A stretch of DNA of 64,000 nt, taken from contig NC_045696.1 of the NCBI RefSeq assembly GCF_009834535.1, positions 27,468,001 to 27,532,000 of the forward strand. Direction: 5' to 3'. The first letter of the stretch is position 1. Every line of letters starts with the position of its first letter. The notes under the pieces are model-generated. The model ran no database searches, had not been told where the DNA came from, and worked only from the letters and a program-made list of their open reading frames with translations. Made by a program: the position numbers and the translations under genes. This stretch comes from Camelus ferus (taxonomy: Eukaryota). Below are positions 52,357-64,000 of the stretch, piece after piece.

Positions 52357-52794
52357 TGAGACAGGAGGGAAGGGAGCAGGGCACAACCATTGAAATAATG
52401 ACACAGCAATTGAGAACAGGACAAACTGGCTAGAACCAAGATGGCAGAAGATTTGGCTTCCAGTAGACTTTGAACCTCACGGCACACCTACAGCTACCAT
52501 GACAGTTCCTATGCTTACCATAAAAAGTCCGAAAGTAGGCTAGGGCTCAATTCCTGGAAACCCAGCCCCTTCCCCAAAATAGTTGGAATAATCCTCCTAC
52601 AGAGGAAATGAAATTACAGAGCCGATAAAAACTAACAACTCTGTACCTGGTGGTCTCTCTCTCTCTTGCCCTCTGAGATGGCCCACACTCTGTCTCTGGA
52701 GTGTGTATCTCCCTGAATAAACTTACTTTCACTTCACTATGCCTCACTCTTGAATTCTTTCCTGAGCAAGGCAGGAACCTATTCTCCAGCAACA
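52357..52794 (+). mobile_element. Solo LTR, ERV1-class
   Basis: TG...CA termini (TGAGACAGG...CCAGCAACA), 4-bp TSD GAAC at 52353-52356 and 52795-52798, AATAAA at 52716, 438 bp. Confidence 0.88.
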
Positions 52795-53329
52795 GAACCA
52801 TTAATGTAGTCTTTGGAAGTTGACATAAGTACCATGGTTTGATTTTACAATTCTCCTCTTCTGGGATTACACTTGGACTTTTGTTAACTTATAAAGGAAT
52901 CAATTACTTTTTTCTTAAATCTGTAAGAAAACTTGCAAACTAAGCCATTCTCTAGTTTTGCTTGAGACTTCAAAATAATCTCCCAACACAGCTCTTAGCA
53001 GGATCCGGCACAATTCCAGCAAAATGTTTTTCAAAAGAGAATAAAAACAAAAATAAAAGAAAACTGGAGCACTTAGCCCAGCCAACTAATTGTTTTACTA
53101 AGAATCATCAGACACTGACTCTCTCTAAAGTCATCTATGATGAAGCATCTCTGTCCCTTGTGGAAAATACCCCATATATTTTATTAATTTATCAGTTAAA
53201 TGTATTACATTCAAAGTATAATTTCTGAATAAATATATAGATTAAATATATTTATTGACCTATTGAGTAAATGTATTACTTTCAAAACATTAAAAGACAT
53301 AGTAATGCTTTCAAATGATTACTGAGTGG

Positions 53330-54382
53330 GGTTGAGAGGGCCAAGACGGCAGAGAAGGAAGACCTGAGGGTGATCATCTCCCCCAACAGGCACGCCAAAA
53401 TTACAACTATTTACTGAGTGTCCATCTATGAGAATGACCTGAAGACTAACAGAAAAGGCCTTCTATAACTAAAGATACAAAGAAGGAACCAAAGCAAGAC
53501 AGATAAAAAGGGCAGACACATAGTATAGTTAAGACCCACACCTCCAGGTAGGTGACCCACAAACAGGAAGGTAATGACAATTGCTGAGGTTTCCCCAGGG
53601 AGCCAGGGGTCTAAGACTCACACTGGGCTCCTAGTTGAGGGGTCCTACTCCAGGAAGATGAGCCCCCAGAACATATGGTTTTGAAGGCCAAAGGGGCATA
53701 TAAATGGGAAAGTCAGAGGGCTATAGAAAACACATTCCTCTGTTAAAGGACATGCAAAAAGCCTCATACTCTCCGAATTCCAGCCCAAAGGCAGTAATCT
53801 GAAAGGAGCCTGGGTCAGACCCACTTGCTGATCTTAGAGAGCTTCCCAGAGAGTCAGGAGGCAACTGGCACTCCCCTGGAAGACCCAGATGCTGGCAGCA
53901 GCCATTTGGGGGAGCTTGTTAATACCAGGAAGGCACTGGTGCTGGCAAATGCAAGTCTTCACTCTAGCCCATTAGCACTAAGGGCTTCCCCACCTCCCAG
54001 CTGGCCAACCCCAGCCACATCACAAGGCCACAAGCCAGCCCTGCCAACCAGCGCACCCAGTAGTCAGTCCTGCCACAAGAGAAGGGCCCATGTAGTCCAT
54101 GTAGGGGGCACCCCAAGAGCACATAGCTCTGGTGAACAGAGGGGAGTGTGCTGCTGGACCCCATAGGATGTCTCCTACATGTGGACACTTCTCCAAGACT
54201 GGGAAATGTAACCGACTTAATAGATACAAATAAACACAGAGAATTAAACAAATAAGGAGAGAGAGAAATATGTTCCAAAAGAAGGAACAAGCAACCCCAG
54301 ATCAGGAACTAAGCCAAGTGGAGATAAGCAATCTATCAGGTAAAGAGTTCAAGGTAATGATTATAAAAGATGTTCAATAAAC
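53330..54382 (+). mobile_element. LINE-1 5'UTR plus first part of ORF1 only (3'-truncated)
   Basis: Starts GGGTTGAGAGGGCCAAGACGGCAGAG (an L1 AAGATGGCG-type start), GC-rich for about 900 bp, then ORF1-like GAGATAAGCAATCTATCAGGTAAAGAGTTCAAGGTAATGATTATAAA. Similar to 4940-5000 of the other L1. Confidence 0.8.
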
Positions 54383-57169
54383 TGACTGAATAGTTGTATT
54401 GTCTTTCTTTTCCTTTTTATTACAAATACAAAAACCCATGGGTAGCCAGAATATAGATAAAGTTTGTAATTGTGTAGAATTACATTTCAAAGGCAACTCT
54501 TCACAGCTGTACTAAGATTATCAAAATTCACAAATAATCCTTTATTTACTCACGCTTATCCTAATGGACCAAGATATTTAGGTTTGAAAATATAGCTTAT
54601 TTCAGCTGTTAGGACCGTTTTCCATAGACAAAGGATTTTCAGACAATATTTTGGAGTGTGAAAACAGTATGTAGGTGGCCCTGTGAATATTTGTTATTAA
54701 TCCTAATATTGGATTTTCAACATATTAGAACAAATTATATGGCATTCCAATCAATGTTAATCTATACTTCATTTCTTTGTATATAATGTGGAAACAGTAA
54801 ATGGTTATAAATTTGAGCCAACAATAACTTCAATATACAGAATATGAGCAGACTTTCTTATGAAATGGCAACTCAAAAACACTCTTGTAACTGCGTAAAA
54901 TAAACCTTGCTTACCAATCTTCCTTTGTCCTGAATTCAAATTTTGGAGGGGAAAATCTACTCTGAAAATCATCTTATTTTTTGTTTCAAAACATGTTTTT
55001 AAGTCATAAATTAAAAGTACGTAAAAACAAATACAGATAAAATACAATTCCTTAACCATACAGAAGTTTTTTTTTTTTAAATGATTACGTAAAGTAATAT
55101 TTATCAATTCTTTCCCTAAAGAGTTACATTAGATTTTCATAGACTATATACTTTATAGATATAATTGATTAACAGTCAATAACTTTGAATCAATTAAAGT
55201 ACTAAAATAAAATTTTCAACTTTACTTCTTGAATTAGTCAGACATGCTTGAGCCATATTTAGAGAATCCTTGAATCTAGGTAAGTTATTCATGGCTGCAA
55301 GATAAAAGTATGGAATTTCAATTCTAAAAATAATTTTCTAAAGACAATTACTCTTTTGGAAAACAAAATATTTAAAACAACCTTTTAAAAGATTACTGAG
55401 AAGTCTCTATAGAAATGCAGTCAACTTCACTCATTTTAAAACTGAGTACTTCTAACAGGAACAAGGATTTCTAAAGAAACTCTTACACATTAGCAAACAC
55501 ATTAGCAAATCTTTACGTCTCTGCAACTTCCCCATTTCTCTGTCATTATATCTCAAATTTAGTTCTTAGAGATTCTAAGGGGCGCCCTATTAAGGGGCTG
55601 AGAGGCAGATTCTAATCACTTGACATACAAGATATGGAGATTTAAAAGCTACTCCATATGTTAATTTAAAATATCCTCAGTAATCTTTATGTTCTAAAGG
55701 AATAAGTAAATAACTCATCAGTCCAAAACAAAGCTATGTGTAGTTAACATATCAAAGGAAAACCCACCATACATAAAATATTGCCATAGACAAATTTGGG
55801 TGCAAAACGATAAAATTCCAAAAAATTCTTCTAAGGGCATTTTTCCCTTTTCCTTTTTGCACTCTGATTTGAGATTTGTAGCGTGCGCTCTCTCTTTTTT
55901 CTTTTGCAGATAAGTGAACCAGTGAACAAATGAGAAAGAGTTGTATACGCAAAACTGTAGGCAACATGGTTAGAATTAGTGGAAGCAAATGTACTGCAGG
56001 TGACACAGAATGAGCAGAAGCAAATGTTGCTTCAACCAAAAATAAACTTTCCTGGAAAGGGGGTAAGTCTGTATAAGATTAAATGAATGGAGGCCACAAA
56101 CCCTAAGGCCCAGAGTTGCTTGGTCATGCCCTGTGTGACTACTAGGAGTTCAAAGACTGGATATGAATTTAAACCTATTAATAGATACAAATCGCCTCTT
56201 CTCTTTAGGAAGCAAATAGACCTAATTATTTCGCTTATCTTCAATACCATTACAAGGCTAATTCCTAGTCTATGCCACCCAGGGAAAGTCTTTTTTCTTG
56301 AATCTTAAATTATTTTTCACTTCATATTTGACTACTTTTGAGCAATTCTGAGACCTTCTATTAATAATAAATTAAGATGCAATTACATTATCAAAATCTT
56401 TTAATAGTCTTCCTACTCAGCCTGTTAATAACTGGTACAATGTCTCAATATAATAGGTACTTCTCTAGATTTCTGCTAGCACTGAAACAAGACCTGAGAT
56501 GGAAAGGGATGAAGTCTAAGGTTGTTTTTGTTTGTTTGCTCGGGGTTTTTTTTTTTTTTTATTAATTTTAGAACCATATTTATATAGAACTGCATTTATA
56601 TTAATACGGACTTCTGAAAAAGTAAGAGTAATTTTCTTTTGAAATAAGTATTTTGTTTACCACGTATATACATAAAATTGGATTTGATGTTTTCAGAGGC
56701 CAATACGGGCTCATCAAAATAAAGCCTCCCAAAATACCAGGCACAGGCATTCCAAACTGGTGTGGTAACAACCCACTCAGAAGGTAACCTTCAGAAAAAA
56801 ATTTTTGTAATATAAACATAAAATGAAAGCAATGTGCCTCAATATGTAATCCATCTTTATATGTTTATGAAGTTTCTCTAATTTCTAATTATTCTTTATT
56901 TATTTTATTGATTTGACTTAGAAAATCCTGGGGTTAGGTTAAAAGTGTAGATAAATGATCCCTGACCTATTCAGTCTTGCCCTTTAGGAGCAAGAACTTG
57001 TAACTGGTACTTTACATGATGTGATTTCAATTGACACTAAAGTTTGGGAACCATTAAACTAGAGGTTGAACCTATGATGATATATATTTCTTATACTATT
57101 GAATGTTCTGAAATTATATCACTTTTTAAGTATTTCAATGACTACTATTATTAATACTAATACTAGGAA

Positions 57170-57410
57170 ATAATTACACAGTCCTTACTATATATCCCAC
57201 ACTTTTCTAAGTGTTTTAAATAATTAACTCATTTAATTATCACACATATACAAAAACTGCAATGCTACTATTAATTCCATTCTATAGATGAGAAAATTGA
57301 AGCACAGCATTGTTAAGTAATTCACCTGAGGTCACACAGCTAATATACGATAGATGTGAGCCACAGTCTCAGGTAATTTGGCTCCAGAGTTTATGTTTAT
57401 AATAGCTATT
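57170..57410 (-). mobile_element. MIR SINE
   Basis: AACTCATTTAATTATCAC...CCATTCTATAGATGAGAAAATTGAAGCACAG...GTTAAGTAA...GGTCACACAGCTA. Confidence 0.75.
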
Positions 57411-58868
57411 GTAAACTGCTTCTCCACTTAAGTGTTAGCAGAATCTTAACACAGCATTTAGCATGACTATGTATTTAAAAACTTTAAATATATATGACTA
57501 ATGTATACTTACAAGTATATGCTCTTCAAAGAGAATAGGAAGTAAGATTTTACTCATATTTGGCCACTACAAAATTACTGAGTCAAGAAATGGAAAGAAA
57601 ATGGCAAATTTTGTTCCAGGGGTAGGAAGTATAACAACATAACTTGAGTTGTTTCAACTTCACCCAAGTGAAAAAGTAACTGATGATAGAAACAAGCATC
57701 TCAAAATCAACAGCCAAAAAAATTGTTTCCTTTTTTATGTTACTTTCATAAATGAAAAATATACAAAAATTAATATAAATTAAAACAACTAATAAAAGTG
57801 CATTATAGAAAATGTAGAATGTACAGAATAAAGTAACTAATAAAATACTCATATATAATTCCATATACTTATAGAAAAAAAAGGCTATTATTTTAATATC
57901 TTTCCTTCCAATATTATTCTAGCCATTTTTACATGACATATTCTATAATTAATTTTTTGGCTATTGTAAACATTTTGCCCTTTCAGTAACAACTCATGCA
58001 AAACATATTTTTAAATGTATAAATCATGTATCTTACTGATGTGTTATGATTAACTTGACTGAACTTTCTTGCAGGAAGCTTAATTATTTCCAAACTTTTA
58101 GGATTATCAAAATCTAAAGTTTAGCATCATTGTGTGTACACTTTCATTCATGTATTAAGTTATTTCCTTAATACATCATCTTAGTTACAGACCAACATGT
58201 ATAAAAAAGTTTCAGGGTTGGTGCATATCTTCAAAAATAAATGTTAAAAAACTTTTTTTAATTCTAGTAACTCCAAAAACACTTGACACCTTGTTAAAAA
58301 AGGCTAAATTCCAACTTCTTCATGTTACTTACAGCTCTCTGGTACTTTGATTATAACATTACCCTTCAAAAATACTACTTAAAAATTCTCTATAATCCTT
58401 TACTATATACAATGGAAAATTGGGTATGAAAATACTATTAAGTATCTGATTTTTCCTTAATGTCATATTCCCAGTTATGTCACCTTTTAAAGTATGCTTA
58501 TTTGTGCCTTCAATTTGGTTCATACTAATCACAACCCTTCTTCAGAATACTGATGCCTAGTTAAACCTCTATTTTCCCTTTAAGGGATAAACTTACATTT
58601 AAACATTTGTTAATTCTCAAAACAACTTTAAATTCTAGTCTCAGAAAATCTTTTCAGGTTTTAACTCTTACCCATCCATTAGCCAAACAACTCAATGGTT
58701 TAAACGTATAGTTGAGAAGCATAAGTAATTCTAAATGTTGATGTATTAGATAATCAGGTATCTGATTTAGGACCATGTTCAGGAAACTGCTTTCCAATAC
58801 GTGCACTCAGTGTGAAAAAAAGTCCTCTCTCTTTTTTTGAACACAATTTTCCAATAAAAGTATATGGA

Positions 58869-60784
58869 AAATGGGGTTGTTTCCTTAATTTCTCTTTCTA
58901 ATATTCCACTGTTAGTATATAGAAATGCCACAGATTTCTGTAGCATAAATACCCAGGAATAAACCAACCTAAGGAGGCAAAAGATCTGTATTCCTAAACT
59001 ATAAGACGCAGATGAAAGAAATTGAGGATAATACAAACAGATGGAAAGATATACCATGTTTTTGGATTGGACGAATCAGTATTGTTAAAATGACCACACC
59101 TACCCAAGACAATCTGCAGATTCAATGCAATCACTATCACATTACTAATGGCAATTTTCACAGGACTAGAACAAAAAATTTTATATTTGTTTGAAAACAC
59201 AAAAGATCCTGAATATCTAAAATAATTTTAAGAAAGAAGAATGGAGCTGGGGGAATTAGGCTCCCTGACTTCACACTATACAACAAAGCTACAGTAATCA
59301 AAACAGTATGGTACCGGCACACAAACAGATACATAGATCAATAAAACAGAATAGAAAGTGCAGAAATAAACTCATACACTTATGGTCAATTAATCTATGA
59401 GAAAGGAAGCAAGAATATACAATGGAGACAAGACAATCTCTTCAATATGTGATGCTGGAAAAACTGGACAGCTACATGTAAAAGAATGAAATTACAACAT
59501 TCTCTAACACCATATTCAAAAATGAACTCAAAATGGATTAAAGATCTAGATATAAGACCAGATACTCTAAAACTCCTTGAGGAAAACATAGGCAGGACAT
59601 TCTTTGACATAAATCACAGCAATATTTTTTTGGATCCATAAGCTAGAGTAATAGAAATAAAAACAAAAATAAACAAATGGGGCCTAATTAAACCTAAAAG
59701 CTTTTGCACAGCAAAAGAAACCATAAACAAAAAGAAAAGACAACCTACGGAATGGGAGAAAATATTTGCAAATGATGCTACCAACAGGGATTAATTTCCA
59801 AAATATACAAAGAGCTCATACAGCTTAGCAAACACACAAACAACTCAATCAAAAAATAGGCAAAAGACCTAAATAGACATTTCTCCACAAAAGACGTACA
59901 GATGACAAACAAGCACATGAAAAGATGCTCATTACTGGAGAAATGCAAATCAAAACTACAATGAAGTATTACCTCACAACAGCAATAATGGTCATCATTA
60001 AAGAGTCTATAAACAAAATATGCTGAAGAGGGTATAGAGAAAAAGGAACCCTCTACACTGTTGGTGGGACTATAATTTGGTATAGCCACTATGGAGAACA
60101 GCATAGAGTTTCTTTAAAAAACTAAAAATAGTGTTACCATATGATCCAGCAATTCTACTTCTGGGAATATATCCAAAGAAAACTCTAATTCAAAAAGATA
60201 CATGCACCCCAATGTTCAAAGCAGTACAATGTATAATAGCCAAGACATGGAAGCAACCTAAATGTCCATCGACACATGAGTAGATACAGATGTGGTACAT
60301 ATATATACAAGGGTATATTACCCAGCCATAAAAAAGAGTGAAATAGTACAATTTGCAGCAACATGGATAGAGATTATCATACTAAGTGAAGTAAAGAAAT
60401 GACAAATATCATATATCACTGATATGTAGACTCTAAACAATGATACAAATAAACTTATTTACAAAACATAAATAGAAATAAACAGATATAAAAAAACAAA
60501 CTTATGATTGCCAAAGGGTAAAGTGTGGGGTGGGGGAGGAATAAATTAGGAGTTTAGGATTAACATATACACACTACTATATATAAAATAAACAACAAGG
60601 ACCTACTGCATAGCACAGGAACTATATTCACTCTCTTGTAATAACCTATAATGGAAAAGAATCTGAAAAAGAATGTGTGTGTGTGTGTGTGTGTATAACT
60701 GAATCACTTTGCTGTACACCTGAAACTAATACAACACTGTAAATTAACTATACTTCAATTTTTTAAAATGGTTATAATTTTTTA
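58869..60784 (+). mobile_element. 5'-truncated LINE-1 with short 5' inversion
   Basis: ORF2 peptides [27 protein letters not shown] (+) and inverted QKSVAFLYTNSGILEREIKETTPF (-, about 58869-58940). 3'UTR contains (GT)n. Perfect 13-bp TSD AAAAGTATATGGA at 58856-58868 and 60785-60797. Confidence 0.95.
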
Positions 60785-62704
60785 AAAAGTATATGGAGAA
60801 ATTCACATATTTCTAGTTTATTGATATAGACAAAATCAGTAGGATGAAATTAACTCACTACATTCAAATACAGGGATTTTGTGGGTTGACCAACTCATCC
60901 CAGTTTAATGTTATTTTCCCAGTTTTAGCAATGAAAATCCCCTTCAGTCAGTTCAAGGTAAAATAGGACAGTTGGTCACTGTTTCTCCTTAGAAAGTCAG
61001 ATGGAACAGCCTGAAAGAATAATATCTAGTCCAAAAACGTCCATCATGGTAACTGGTACCAAAATTACTAAAAAATGAAATAATAAAATATTCAAATGAT
61101 CCTAAGATATAAATTTTTAATTTTTAGCACTACATCCTAAACTATAGTGAATAAACATCTTGGGAAGAAAAAAGAAGAGTCAGCATTTCTAGTCAACTTA
61201 TTAGCCAAATAAGAAAAAAGTTTCCTGAGAAACAAACCATATGAAGGTAAGGGACTGCCACATTGCTATTAGAGTGGATTTTTATTTATATATTTTTTTT
61301 GGTTTTAATACAAGTATAAAATAGTCTACCCAGTGTGGAAATACAGACAGGAATTCAATGTAAAGAGGAAAACCATAGTAAATTCTCTACTTATTTGTTT
61401 TCCTTATGTGGTTTAATTCTAAAACATGAAAATGATGATTGTTAAATGGCAGAGGTCCAAGAAGAAAATTATCCAAAATGATACATGAAGGTGAAACTAT
61501 CTCAATTCAACAAGTATTCACTGAATAACCACCCTGTACGCAGAGCTGTAGATTATAGATGGAAGCTAAGAATCGACAGCACTTAACAAGCTTGTTAGCC
61601 CAAGGGGAGGAAAGACCACGAATCAGCCACAAAGCTGTACTGTAGATGTGCCACAAGTTTTAAAATTCAACTAGGTGATCAACCAGTGATACATACCATC
61701 TGAAAAATGGCATAAGGATACCATGCGAAGCAACAGAACCTGTGTTGGTATAGTGGTTTATGTTTAATACACAGAAAGCACAACATTTCAGTACCAGTAA
61801 GTTCCTGCATGGTCTTGTTACCCATGGACACTGGGTGATTATAATCTGTCAGTGTAGGTTCACCAATGATATATTTATATATACACATATCTATATATGT
61901 ATATTCTGTGTCTATATATAGATATGTATATATAAATTTAAAACCTAGATATGTATATGTAAATTTAAAGAGGTACACGATTAAAATGAGATTATGAAAG
62001 GATAAAAGTAAAAGAATATATTATGATAAATAAAATACCTGAGAAATTAAGTATTTTTACTGGCTTTTCCCTTCATAAATTTTTCACTTGGCAAATCATA
62101 AACAGATCATTATTTCTCATTTGGTTTGGTTTTGCTTCACCCTCACCAGGGTGATGCACTTATGTGTTCACATGCAGAGCCAAAGTGAAGCTTATGCCAA
62201 TTTCCCTTCATAATAGTTTTGAACCACAATGCACAAAACACTTTCTTAATTGGGATCTACAGCAAGTTCCCTGCTCCCTTCTCCCCCAACCCAGAGTCAT
62301 TACCACCATACACATATGAACAATACTTCTCAGTTCAAGATTAAATATGTTTATCTCTCTTTGCAAACCTGACACCCAAATAGAGTGCAAAAGCCCTACA
62401 AAAGTTGTCGATTTTGCATAGGAAAAATAGTTTGAAAAGAGAAAAAGGGATCAAAATTCTTACAGAGCATAAGATGCATAGGAGATGGTAAAGATTACAC
62501 TGTCACCTTATATAACCTCCAGAATCATTACTTGGTTTGACTCAGTTCTACATAGTTACTTCTATTAATGTGTTTAAGAATTAGTGAAGAACAAATGGTG
62601 CTTTCTCAAAAAGTCTCAAAAGGACACAATTAAGATTTTAATAATTATCTCGTTAGTCTTAAATGTCAGAATAGAACAATAGCTAAAATGGACTTCTGTT
62701 CCAA

Positions 62705-62895
62705 TTTTATAATTCTCACAATCCTTAAAATGTTCCGAGGTAGGGACTATTATGATTCATAATTTATAGATGAGGACACTGAGGCACAGAAATTAAGTAA
62801 TCAAGCCAAGATTTCACAGATACTAAGTGATGGAACAGAGATTCAGATCCTTGGAGTCAGTTTCACAATTTGGGCGTTTAATCACTAATCCATGC
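62705..62895 (-). mobile_element. MIR SINE
   Basis: AATTCTCACAA...TTTATAGATGAGGACACTGAGGCACAGAAATTAAGTAA...CCAAGATTTCACAG. Confidence 0.75.
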
Positions 62896-63916
62896 TGTAA
62901 TGCAGTACAATTATTTAAGGACTTACCTTGTGTAAGAATAAATATCATCAGTCCAGAGAGTTTTTTTTAACTCTCAAATTAATGTAAGAGAAACTAGAAA
63001 AAATACTTCGATTCTGCATGGTAGTTGTTGGGAAAAGAGAAGTTAGTGAATTTGTATCAGAACACTTGGGCTTTTCTCTTAAGCCCATAAATTTCTACCT
63101 CTCCATCCTGAGTTACTGGGTCAGATTCTTCATCCATAAAATGAGGTTAATATAGCATGTTAAAGCTGGAATAAGAACAGATAAATTTGTCAACCCTCAC
63201 ATTTTCCAAACAAAGGAAAACTCATCAACAGATTGAAATATACTTGATTAGAGTTGACAACAAATAATCCCTTGTAGCCAGAACCAGGTCCTGGTTCTTC
63301 TAATCTTTTAAACATGAGGTTAGGAATAAAACTTTCTGTAAAAGAGACTACAGAGGAGGCGATCTTAGCTCATTCAGGATGTGCTTCAAAGTGTCTATGA
63401 ATTTTTGAAAGTGGATATGAACTTCTCTGGACATGCATGGAGATAAAAAAAAATGATGTAATCTTAGAAGAGGTCCTAATCTTCACAAGAAATATAACAA
63501 TAATTATCTTTACTTTTTTTGAGATGAGTAAAGAAAAGCTCAGAGGGGTAAATAACTTGCACAATATCTCCCAAATAATTTATAAAGTGCTGAGAATCAA
63601 ACTCAAAGCTGTAGACTCCAGGACTCACAGTCCTTCCGTGATGTTGCCATGCAACTCTGCTTCTCTGCCTTCTCATTTCCAGCCTCTTTTCACACCTACG
63701 CTTCACTTGATGCTGGACTCAGCACAGGCTGAATGAAGTAACACCTGTTATTGTTATTCTCTTGCCCAAGCAGGAAGTTTAAGTTATTCTGTGTGGAGAA
63801 GTATTTTAGCAGACTTTAATATGATTAAGAAAGGGAACAATAGCTGGAACTGAGTACTGAGAACTTAGTAACCTCTGAGCATTTACTGGGAATTGTGAAC
63901 ATACAATCACCTCATA

Positions 63917-63958
63917 CTATATATATATATATATATATATACACACTCACACATACAC
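63917..63958 (+). repeat. (TA)n(CA)n microsatellite
   Basis: TATATATATATATATATATATATACACACTCACACATACAC read directly. Confidence 0.9.
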
Positions 63959-64000
63959 TTACCTTGTAATGCTGGTGAGCTAATCCTACCCTTTACAATT

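Noticed and set aside
53825..54290. Three overlapping 69-113 aa ORFs
   Set aside because: Inside the L1 5'UTR fragment; explained by GC-rich composition.

Overview
AT-rich mammalian genomic DNA, probably from a camelid (inferred from three tRNA-derived SINEs that resemble Vic-1). The window appears to lie inside the ROBO1 gene on the minus strand. One certain coding exon is present: the 327-bp Ig1-domain exon at 44140-44466, with canonical AG/GT ends. The rest is intron. It holds a processed RPL41 pseudogene with poly(A) and a 15-bp target-site duplication (TSD), several LINE-1 remnants, two solo LTRs, a MaLR LTR, MER5/Charlie DNA transposons, MIR/L2 relics and microsatellites. One L1 lacks its RT domain, one shows a twin-priming 5' inversion and one is 5'-only. 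The best lead is a repeat-free, CpG-retaining intronic segment at 2005-2257 (-) with a branch point, polypyrimidine tract, AG and GT donor. If spliced after the Ig1 exon it would stop translation after Ig1, while an overlapping strong-Kozak ATG opens a second frame that exits in ROBO1's splice phase. This is a hypothesis from sequence only. Repeat family names are from memory of consensus sequences and repeat boundaries without TSDs are approximate. Almost all other ORFs in the track are noise or repeat-derived.
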